A stretch of DNA of 64,000 nt from Blepharisma stoltei ATCC 30299 (taxonomy: Eukaryota; Protista; Ciliophora), in contig CBFDEM010000007.1 in assembly GCA_965603825.1 (NCBI GenBank), positions 78,111 to 142,110 of the forward strand, written 5' to 3'. Within the stretch, counting starts at the first letter, position 1. Each line of letters opens with the position of its first letter. Position numbers and translations under genes: made by a program. Below are positions 12,057 through 23,005 of the stretch, in pieces. The notes beneath the pieces are model-generated. The model saw nothing but the letters and a program-made list of their open reading frames with translations. It was not told the origin of the DNA and did no database searches.

Positions 12057-14110
12057 AAAGCCTTCTCTTGCCAATCTTTTTAGATCCTCTAAATTTATTT
12101 TTAGGTTTTATATTTTTCTATTTAATTATGCCTCATTTTCTGTTTAATTATGCTTATGCATTTTATCTTGTTTTTTAATGCAAATCTGCTTCTTTTCTAA
12201 TTTAAGTGAGATGAAGCAGCCATATGGTAGAAATGGTTTTATACCAAGATGGACAGTATTTATGTTTCATTTTGGGATTTAGCAAAAGAGTTTTTTTTGA
12301 ATTTCAATATAGAAAAGTTCATTAAGCTTTTCAGCAAGTTTTTAAAAGAAAGACCTCTCTTTTATTCTTTTCCTTAAAGTATAAAAACATTAATTTACTA
12401 TATTTTCTGATAAAGTGATCTTATTTTAGTTCTTTTAGCATGATGGCCTAAATTCTATATAGCAATGAAGCTTCTCAAAACTTAAAAAGCTCACAAGGCA
12501 TTAAATCTCCATACTTCATGCCTTTAATTTGCTTATAATAGATTTATTATGAGTATCTTCAATAATTCTCTTCAGAAGATGATAAAAACTATTTTCTAGA
12601 TCAGTTAAGATTTTCTTACCTTGTATGATAGGTAGAGGATTCACCGAATAAATACAAACTATGCATATTCGATTTTTTAAAATTTTGAAATTCAGATTTT
12701 CAGATTGTAAACTGAGTAATGGACGTCAGATTCCTATTTATTCTTTTCCTTCAGCTTTTAAAATTTTAAGATCTAGATTTTAGGTGTTCAGTTTTTGCAA
12801 ATTAATTTGTGTGTCATCCTTTACTTTTGCATTTAGAAAATTAGCCTTGGTGTTTTTAGATTGTAAAAAATTATTCAACTATATCAAAAATTGAATTTTA
12901 GAAATTTTAAATTTATTAATATTGCATGCGCTCTAGTCTTCTGATTTTTTCATATTTCCCTATTTTATACAAAAATTTAATTTTCTTTTATATATATAAA
13001 TAAATCTAAAATTTTCCAGAAACTTTTATAAATCTCTTATGCAAAAAGGCTCAGATATCTAATAATATAAAAACTTAAAAATATTGTTTATTTTGATGTA
13101 AATTTACGAATTATAAAAAATAAAGTGTTTTGGCTTCAGACAGTATTTGATTTTTAGAGCTAGGATAGCAATTATTTTGATATAAAGCTTATACAACTTA
13201 AAATTAGGTTAATAAAGCAATTTTGCTATTACTTTTTATTTAATAGAGCCTAAAAATGTCAAGCAATCCTGACTCATCAAAGCTGTTTTGGAATTTAAAC
13301 TAAAATTTAGCAGATAGGAAGGAAATTTGGAGTGCTTTGACTCAGATAATGAAAAAATTTTGCTATTGATGAGCTGGAATCCTGGAAGAGAAATTATGGA
13401 AGAAAAAGCTAAGACTGAAAGGAGCGATGAAGATGAAGGTAAGAATGGGAGTGACAAGGAGCATCTAGGTAGGCTACCAAAGAAAATAGCTTGCACGAGG
13501 GAGATCTGCTGTATTGGGAGGACTGATCCAGGTGATGTACAGAGCAGGAAAAACGGGAATCAGCATAAGGGAATAAGCAAATACGAGAATACCAGAAGAT
13601 TTGCCAGAACTAATGATTGAATTAGAAGAAGTGCTCTGGAAGAGGCTGATGAAAAATTTCCGTCTTAAATTAATGCATCTAGAAAAGAAAGGGAAGTAGA
13701 AGTTTGAGAAAATATAGAGAAGGAAAAGGAAACTGAATGCCTAGAGAATGAGAATAAAAAGCATTGCGTGCTCCTCAGTTAATCAAGGGCTTTAGATAAT
13801 GAAGATGATCCTAAGAGGAGCAGAGGATTAAAAAAGAAGGGAAAAGCTGAAGATGAAATGAAGAAGATAAAGACGAAATGAAGAAGATAAATGGAGATGA
13901 GAAAAGCTAGCAGCTTGGAAGAAAAAGAAGAAGCAATAATGGTAAGAAATCTGAAGTGCAGATGCAGCAATGAAGTTATTTCATTGAGAAATACTTAGGA
14001 TAAAATGTGGAGAGAAGACTTGCCAGATAAATTGGTTGAATTAGAAGAAGTGGTAGCAAATAGCGGAGGAAGCAAGATGAAGCAGATAACTATTCAAGTT
14101 GACTAATGGA
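12050..14110 (+). repeat. Downstream block of the surface-gene unit, including coiled-coil-like repeat copy b (ATG 13256)
   Basis: Begins TGGCTAGAAAGCC as at ~2125 and 29916; colinear with 29916-31960. Confidence 0.85.
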
Positions 14111-14119
14111 AAACCCCAA

Positions 14120-16615
14120 TGGGCGTCAAATTCCTATTTATTCTTCTCCTTCGATGTTTTCAATTTTAAGATCTTGATTTTTGGTGTTCAGTCTTGCAGC
14201 TAATTGGTGTAATTATTCCTTACATCTTTTACTTTTGCATTTAGAAAAATTAGCCTTGGTGTTTTAGATTGCAAGTATTGTCTCAAAAATTATTCCATTA
14301 TATAGACTTTATTGTAGACAAGCTCAAGAATTGTATCAAGAGAATTTTTAAATCTATATATATATTACACGCGCTCTAGTCTTCCCTGATTTTTTTCATA
14401 TTTTCCCTTCTTTTACATATAAATGTAAACTGGGTTGATTTTTCTTTTACTCAAAGAATTTTAATCTCATGAATTTTTATAAATTTCTTATGCTAAAAGA
14501 CTAATAATATAAAAACTTTAAAATATTGTGTTTATTTTATAGCAAACTTATTAATTATCAATAATAAAGTGTTACGGCTTCAGACATTAATTAAATTTTT
14601 AGAATGAAGATAGCAATTGTTCTGATATAAAGCTTATACTAATTAATATCAGGCTAAGCAAACGATTTTGCTATCAAGTAATTAATTTTTTATTAATCGA
14701 GTCTAAAAATGCCAAGAAGGCCTGACTCATCAAAGCTGCTTTGGAATTTGGCCAATGCTTAAGCAGATGGGAAGGAAATTTGAGATGCTTTGAATCAGAT
14801 AGTAAAAAATTTTTGCTATTGGATGAGCTGGAATTCTGGAAGGAGGAATTATGGCAGTTGGAGGAAGAATGGGCTGAGACTGAAAGGAGCGATGAAGATG
14901 AAGGCGAGAATGTGAGTGAAAAGATGGTCTAGGTAGGCTACTCAAGGAAATAACTTGCGTGATATAGATCCACTGTATTGGGAAGGAGTAATCCAAGCGA
15001 TGGATAGAGCTGGCAAAATGAGAATGAGTATAAGGGAAGAAACAAATACTAGAATCACAAAGATTTTTCAGAATTAATGGCCGAATTAGAAGAATTAGCC
15101 CCATAAGAGCCTGAGGTTAACTTTCGGCCTAAATTGGCATCTAGAAAGAAAGGGGAAAAGATATGAAGAAGGAAGAGAAAACTGAGTACCTGAGAAAGGA
15201 AAATGAGAATCACGGTAGGCTTGCTAGTTTATCAAGGACTCTAGATGATGAGATGATCCTAAAAGGAGCAGCAAAAAGAGGATGAGAAAAGAAGGGAGGA
15301 GCTAAAGATGAATATTTAAAAGAAGATAAAGGCGGAATTGAAAATGAACTGAAAATATAGGGGTTAACGTGGAGAAAGGCTTAGATGATAATGAGAAAAA
15401 TCCATCAAGAGCTTGGAAGAAAGAAGGAAGAGATAGCATGATTCTAATTCATTGAGAAATACTTAGGAATAAAGCGTGGAGAGAAGATTTGCCAGATGCA
15501 TTGGCTGAAGTAGAAGAAGTGGTAGCAAACAGTGGAGGAAACAAGATGAAGCAGAACTATTTCAAGCTGACTAATTGGGAAAATCTATAAGGGTTAATAA
15601 ATGATGATGGTGATGATGCTATCAATCAGCCCAATTTTAAATTACTCTTTTAGCTATTTATAAGAAATTTGCAAGGTTATATCAACAAAATGATTTTCAT
15701 GCCTTGATATTAGCAAACAATTTCAAAGCCCCAAAAATATTATAAAATTTAGAAAATCCTAAATTCCAAGCAAAACTTCAAGATGCTTTACGTTTTGCTA
15801 AAAATGAAGTTTATATGAAGCTATTATACTAAAAAGAAATTTTAATAATAATTGCAAATGCATTTGATAAAGCCTAGATAAATAACCTTCAATTTGATTT
15901 ATAGTTATTCAGCAATTATATACAAAAAATCAGAGAAAAATGTTGCAAAACAAGAGAATGTTTGAAAAAATTAAAAACACTACTGAAATGGATTTAGCAA
16001 AACAGAAATTTAATATTAAGAATATATCCTCCCTAAAAGGATAAAAATATTTACAAATATAAAGCGCAAGAAAATAGATAAAAGGCATCGAGTTTTTTGA
16101 TATTCCTTAACTCAATAAACAAGAAATGGGGCTAGCATTAAGATCAGCTTAATTCAAGGATCGCTTAATTAAAGCCTCTTTGATTAAGGCTTTAATTTAA
16201 TTTTCTTGAAGTTAATTAATGTTTTTTCTTCTATAATGCAAGATTCTTTCAATCAATGCAAAGCCCTCCAACTCTTCTGCTTCTCAATTAATAATCACCC
16301 TGCATTTTCAGTCACAGGACTCTACCTGTCTTGCTTTTAACCCTTTATTTTTTAAGATAAGTTTGCTCATCTTATAAAGTTTCTAAAACCCAGCCAACTC
16401 TTTCATTTGCCTTGTAGGAATTGATGCTACCAATTTAAAGGCACCATTTAAGGTGCTAGCTACGTTTCCTCAAGCTATCCTTCTGTTGTCACAGTCACTA
16501 AAGGATTATCAGTCACAAAAGTCTTAATTTGGTTATTTTTAATTCAAGTAGTCACTGTGTAAGTCTAGATTTTTACTCCTGATCAAGATTCTTACTTATT
16601 GAAGCAGTTTTCTCA
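14120..16615 (+). repeat. Tandem re-duplication of the block (copy c, ATG 14709), colinear with 30560-32976
   Basis: Starts GTCAAATTCCTATTTATTCTT (variants at ~12725 and ~30565) and ends GAAGCAGTTTTCTCA (also 32962-32976). Confidence 0.85.
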
Positions 16616-17759
16616 AGGTTAGGCTTTTTAAATGGCTTCCTAATTTATTTTTGAAATAGAGTTCAGGGTCTTCCATAAACTTTTCTTTCGTTTGTGATTT
16701 CTAAAATTGAAATAAATAATAAATTTGATATTTTTTAATTCAAGGTTAGTGAGTTATTTTAGGCTTCAGTACTGTGACTAATTTTTTTTTAATTTTAGCA
16801 TCTAAATAAAATCTGAATTTAGCTGCTTAGCTTTGGTATAGATTTTGATCATAGAACACAAAAGGCTCCTTATTTCTCTATTTAAAAGGGGCTCATATTC
16901 ATAAATCAGGTAAAAAATATGCTGCTGCAATCTTTAATAAGACTTAAATAGCTCAGATATATTTATCATTATAGAAAATTTTCTTTGATTCATATTTGGA
17001 CTTATGCCTTTAGCAACAAAAAATAATATAAAAATCATCTGCAAGACCAGAAGCTGGTGAAACTGATGCTTGTTTTTCAGAAATTTCAAGTTTTCTTTTA
17101 TTAACTTTAGAAGGTATATTATTCATATTTCGAGGAATCCTTTTTGCACATTTTTACAAACAAAACTAAAGGAGTCTATCCCTATAAACAAAAGCTCAGG
17201 GGCCTAAATTTCGGCTCCACTTCCTCAGAAATCCCTTACTGAGACTGGAGCACTGATATTTGTCATTTTCTATATAGTTAAAATAGACCCAATTGAGATT
17301 CTGGCATCAATATTGAAAGATTCGTAGAGAAGAAAGCAAATTGCATTTTCTTGAGTCCACATCATCCATCATATAGAATTCGTCTTTTCGCTGACCAAGG
17401 CTGCAATTGTGTTTGAAAATTTCAATGAGCTGATGAAGATATCGTTGACAAGAGAATGCTTTTGGGCTTTTGGTGCTATCCTTGCACGTTTGAGGACTAA
17501 CAAGGCCGAAGAGGGTAGATTCTAGATTTAATTATTGCATTACTAACGAATTTGAACATCATTGAGTTGAAAATCTTACTAAGCTTAATTTTAGCTCCTG
17601 GGTAATGTCCATATTCAAACATAATTTGACTGAGTAAAGGTAATTGGGCTTGTGTCGATAGAAATATGTACCTTCTTTGTCTCAGCAATTATTTTATTAG
17701 TCTTAAGAGGTAATTGGTCAAATTATTCCTGGAGTCTTCTACTTTGTATTTTCAGCTTT

Positions 17760-17930
17760 TAAAAATATATAAAAAATAAGGAAAAGATGAAAAAGTAGAG
17801 AAGACTAGAGTGCATAAAATATTGATAGATTTAAAAAATTGCTTAGTAAATGCTTTTAAATGCAATTTCTGGGCTTAGCCAAGACTTACAATCAAAGAAT
17901 CCAGGACTAATTTTTTTTATACATAAAACA
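17760..17930 (-). repeat. Inverted, diverged fragment of the repeat-unit leader
   Basis: Its reverse complement (AAAAAATTAGTCCTGGATTCTTTGATTGT...TTTTTAAATCTATCAATATTTTATGCACTCTAGTCTTCTC) matches 14240-14420 and 30680-30830. Confidence 0.65.
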
Positions 17931-19009
17931 AGCTAAAAGATTTCTATCTTATCCTAGAGTTGCTTCAGAAATGTTTAATATAGCCAAGTAAGCTCGAGCT
18001 CTATAGGAAAAATGACTAAATGCAAATCATATGATTATTCTTTTTATTGAATGCTATGCTCGAAATTTAGAATATTGATACTCAGTGATTAAATTATATT
18101 TAAAATTCGGTAAAGTATCTTAATACATTGAGAGACTTATTTATTTTCGAAATTATCAAAATTACTTAATTTCTTTGCAAATTATGAAATTGCTGAAATT
18201 TAAGCCGAAATAAAACTTAAATGCAGCGCATTAGATATAAAAAGCCACTGCGCCAGGAGAGGTAATTTTAGCCCGAAGGCATTGTTAGCTTGAAATTAAA
18301 GAAGTATCTCCTCGGCATTGAGCCAATTATAATTTGTCCATCTTTTTATAAACTAAAGCGAATGTAAATATTTTTATTATGGGACAACTTATTAGCTCAT
18401 AAATAAAGCTAAATTATTGATCAGCTTTAATATAATAAATAAATAAAATTTAATATTTTAATTATTTTGTTAGAGATTTAACGTCAATTATATTAATTTT
18501 TTGATTAATTCATTTAGAATTGAAGGCTTAAGCACAAAAATATTCTATTTATTATGAATTTAATTATTTTAAAAGCTTTTTTTGTACAATATATCTCATA
18601 TTTTCAGATCTGAAGAAATTTTGATTCAAAATATACAATAATAGCGTCATTAGCCACAGAGTAAATTGAATTAGTAGCCTTTTTATATTCCTAAAATTAA
18701 TCTTGAACCACATTTAGCTATCATTGAAACTCTTCAATAGCTTATTAAAAAATATCTATAAAGTTTATAAACGTTTTATTTAGCTAAAAAATTCAAATCT
18801 GCATAAATAAACTACAATTAAAGGTTTAAAGCAAAAATTTCGCTTTTTGTTTATGCATTTAAGAGAAATTTTTCCATTTTTTAGTTTTTATATGAGAAGA
18901 TCTATTATAGGAAAACTTTCCCTAAAAAGAAGATGAGATGAATTGAATTATATTCAATATACACTTCTGATGAAAAGACAAAAATAAAAAATGAGGAGGA
19001 TTGGATATT

Positions 19010-19200
19010 TTCAAATTTAAAATCCTCAGCTGCTCGCTTTTCTCTTAAAATCAAAATCTGGTATGTTTTGGTTAGTAATGAAGACCGCATGTCCCGCTTC
19101 TTAAGCCATTTTCAATCTGTGCTATAATCCTCTTCACCTTCTTAATATTTTCTTCTTTTTCAACTTTTTTCTTACATTTCTTATGCTTTTTGCCAATGTT
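19010..19200 (-). pseudogene. Frameshifted 3' remnant of the winged-helix-like/coiled-coil family
   Basis: KVKRIIAQIENGLRSGT / SLLTKTYQILILREKRAAEDFK in two frames, matching KMKRIKTVIEDDLRSGTTEPSLLTKTYQVLTSGDKQAAEDLK of 20479-20727. Confidence 0.75.
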
Positions 19201-19819
19201 TAAACATTGAGATAGCATCCTCTAGCCTATATCCCAAAAGGTAAGACATTTGCAATATATAAAGTTAAGAAAAAGGTAAAGATGCCACCATAATCAAAGC
19301 ATTTCAGTTGCTATTTTGATTCCTCCTCGAGGTATAGTCCATAAAGTTTTAAAAATTTGTCTTGCATATAATGAGTTAAAAACTGGATAAGCATTATCTT
19401 CAGGCGAAAACCTATCAGGCCAAGTTTTAATGAAAATAAACAAATATTTAACCATCAGCTGCAAAGTTAGTTTTTTATTCGATTTCAACTTGCCAATTTA
19501 ATCTATTTTTATATTTTAGCCTGTAGCTAGAATGCGAGTTTGGAATTATGCTTTAAATAAATTTCAAAAATGGATCAAAATTTCCAGCTTTTTGGCGTTC
19601 CATTTTGATAGGAATTCTTTCAAAATGAAATTGAAAGTTTTTGCTTTAAATTTTTTTTTGCAAATCGACTTCAAATCCTTTACTAACTATATCAGACTAA
19701 TCAATTAATTATCCTCTTTATCTAGCCAAATTTAAATCCAATAAAAAGACAAGATTTTATTCAGAGTTTTGAAGTATTCCATGTTTGATGTTTTTGGCAA
19801 TAAAAATGAGAAGATACTG

Positions 19820-20115
19820 CATTTTTCAATTTTTAAACTATTTTTTAATTTATCTTAATTTTATCTTTGCTAAGAGGCTTCTTCTTGAGATATAGAAAAC
19901 TTTAAATTCGATTATACTGAAAGGGCATTTTATTCCATTTTTCTCCAATTTTACGTGTGCTGACAACCTAAATATTGAATTTATTCGCCACGATAAGATT
20001 ATAAATTCCTGATCATTCTAGCCCTTGATAAGGCTTATCTCCTCATCCTCAATCAGCCTTAAACGTTTTTTCATTAGAAATTAGTACTCATGATTGATCC
20101 CAAAAATCCGAGCTT
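19820..20115 (+). repeat. Orphan degenerate copy of the surface-gene upstream region (no gene follows)
   Basis: TTTATCTTTGCTAA..AGGCTTCTTCTTGAG and CTCATGATT...CCAAAAATCCG match 6720-6985 and 22290-22585. Confidence 0.6.
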
Positions 20116-20478
20116 AGGGTTTATCTTTGCATCTGAAACTTACACTGTTTTGGATGCAGATGAAGATTTTTAAGATGAAAAAAAAGAAAACCTAAATTTA
20201 AGCCTTGAAATATAGGAAGAGCCCATCATGCTAATCAAAAGTATGTGCTAAAACTAATAAAATACTATAAATATCGAAACGATAGGGAAACTTTTTGCTG
20301 AGCATAAACTCTTAAAAGATTAAGACTTAAATCCCTGCAGATTTATAGCGAATTGAACTCTAGAGGTGTTCAAGAAAGATTATTAGAAGAAAAATTACCC
20401 ACAAATGTTATAAACTTTACTACTTGTCGAAAAAATAAAGCACTTTTAAGACGTAAAACACTAAATTAAAGCTTTATT

Positions 20479-21186
20479 CTAAGGAGATATGCCCTTGAAT
20501 GAAAGATAAGCAGATCTTATGACCGATTTAAGATCTTCAGCTGCTTGCTTATCCCCTGAAGTCAATACCTGATAGGTTTTGGTTAGTAAAGAAGGTTCGG
20601 TCGTCCCACTTCTTAAGTCGTCTTCAATCACTGTTTTTATCCTCTTCATCTTATCGATTTTTTCCCTCCTCATTTCATTTTTTTTCTTATATTTCAATTT
20701 ACCTTTGCTAGAATTTACAGCCTTCATTGATTTATACTTTAATTCGTATTTTTCTGCCTCCTTTTCCTAACTCTCAATTACATTTAAGTAATAGTGAAAC
20801 CGATCATTTAATAAGAAAAGCTTTGGATACCAAGTCAAAGCATAATCCACTATCCCAAAGGCACTTTTCTTGTATTTTCCTTTTACTGAAGTCACGAGGG
20901 AGTCTTCCTTAGACTTCACGAATTCAACTATTTTTTCGATAGGTGCTGGACTGTGATTTCGTAAAAAGTACATAACACAGCCAACTGCAGTGTTTTTGAA
21001 AGCTAATAATCTTTTTCCCTCTTCTACTCCTTGGCTTACTTGACTGTGATTATTCTCAATTTGTTGAGAATCTAGACCAGAAGATGCTGCTTGCGTGTCA
21101 TAAGCTTCTTGGTTTTCGCAAATTTCGTCACTGGAGTGCTCTGCATTTGCTGTACCTGCTTCATCTATACTGCTATTCTTCACTAT
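20479..21186 (-). CDS. Winged-helix-like/coiled-coil paralogue (~230 aa), 15-nt intron; the start codon position is ATA
   Basis: ORFs 20767-21183 and 20479-20727 join by removing 20767-20781. The position homologous to ATG 5021 reads AAG ATA GTG AAG AAT (vs AAG ATG GTC AAA AAT), so it may be a recent pseudogene. Confidence 0.6.
20767..20781 (-). other. 15-nt intron GTAATTGAGAGTTAG
   Basis: GTA...TAG, 15 nt, A at position 10, ends in an in-frame TAG; same position as 4680-4694. Confidence 0.9.
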
Positions 21187-23005
21187 CTTAATAATTATCT
21201 ACAATTACTGAATATCTGTAATGAAAATGAAAAGTTATTTATTAGAAGCAATTTGATAGATTTATTTGATTTTTTATTAGCCTAATAAATTTATTATTTA
21301 TTCTGGCATATTAAGAGTCTGAAAACAATTTTTTAAAAAAATAGGATTTGTTTATGAATTTTAAGAATTCAGTATTTTTACAATTATTTTTATGTATAAG
21401 ACCATATTAAGGTCTAGTTGATCTCCTTTAGTTTTGAGTAAAACCCAAAAAATTTTTATTGGATTGCCAATAATATGGATGAAAATTCTAATCAAACTTT
21501 TTGAGCCATTTCATATAAATTTGTCTTAAAATATTTAATTTGCTATTCTTTTTTAGTGGAAGACCTTAAATTCAAATTCTTTATTCAAATCCAACCTTAA
21601 AGATTGTAATAATTATTTTTGGGCTAATCATTTATTTTGCTTTTGAGCTTATAAAATTTTTATCTAAATTTAAATATGCAAATAAGAAAGTTATTAAAGG
21701 CCCAAATAAAAAAATTGCTCTTCTTAGTGCTTTGAATCTAAATTGTATTTTTAAAAAAAATTCAAATATTTTTTAAATCTTTTTACAGAAGCTATAAATT
21801 AAAATTTGATTAATTTGTGACGATAAGCATAAATTTCGATGGTAAAGGCCAAAAAATCTTTAAATTACAAATTTTTAATTATGTACAATTATCCAAAAAT
21901 TATAGAAGGAAAATGGCATTAAAGCGATAAAATAAAAAAGGCTTCTGATGATAAAATTTCAAAGGAAAATGAATTTATGCAATTACTATTATACTCAGGT
22001 AGCATCTCCGGGCCTAAATCCCTAAAACGGACGAATATTTCGGGAGATATAAATGAAGGAGAGGACAAAAGATTTTAGTGCTTTTAAAAACAAAAGTTGA
22101 AATTATGCTCTCTAAATAAAAAGATAAAAATTAAAGCAATCGCAATACCATAAATTAGAGGTTTTGTGCAAAAAATACCCAAAGAAGCTGGCCATCAGTC
22201 GCATGAAAAGCTTCGTTAAAGACCTCGATTGCAGAGATTTTATTCAAATTTTATAATATTGAATATCTGACTAAAAATAGCTTACGACACTATATTTTCC
22301 TATTTCTAAAGCTTTATTTATTTTTCCTTTAATTTATCTTTGCTAATTAGGCTTCTTCTTGAGTTCTAAAGAGATTTTTCTAAAAAGGCTGGTATTTTTT
22401 CTCCATATTTAGTAGTTAGGCTAAGACTTAAAATTCTAATTCTTCTCCTCTCGACTTTTGCTAGGATTATGATTTTTCCTATCATTCCTAGCTTAAGGAG
22501 GCTTGTCTTCTTCAATTTCCTTCTTTAATTTTTAATTTTTACATAAAAGACGAGTCCTCATGATTCCATGCCAAAAATCCGGTCTCTCTAAGTCGATGCT
22601 TTATGGTCAATTTCAGGTCAAACTCAAAATGTAAACTCCTTAACTCAATACCTTCTCAATGCTCTCTTCTCTGACCTTAGATCCTTCTTAAATCAAAATT
22701 TCAAAAAATTTTCGTCAAAATCTGAACCTAAAACACTCAAAATTCTTCCTTAAATCTGTTTTTCTTCACTTTTTTCTTAGGGGCTTATTCCTAATATATT
22801 CCCATACCTTCCATCCTCTTCCCAGGGGTGGGAGCTTAAGTTTTGCCTCCGGCATCTTTATAATTATAGACTTGTTCAGAAAAAGTCCATATATATACTG
22901 AAAGCTTTAAAAGGTCCCATACGCGCATAAAAAAAAATCGTTAAAATTTTTTCCCCATTTCATTTTTGTTACGCATTTAAGCAAATTTGAATTTCTAAGC
23001 TCAAA

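Noticed and set aside
17200-17700. Possible gene around ORF 17497-17688
   Set aside because: Slightly GC-richer, but no sustained frame found even with TGA=Trp and no recognisable motif.
22004-22048. Short inverted repeat ATCTCCG...CGGGAGAT
   Set aside because: A 7-8-bp imperfect stem is within chance expectation.
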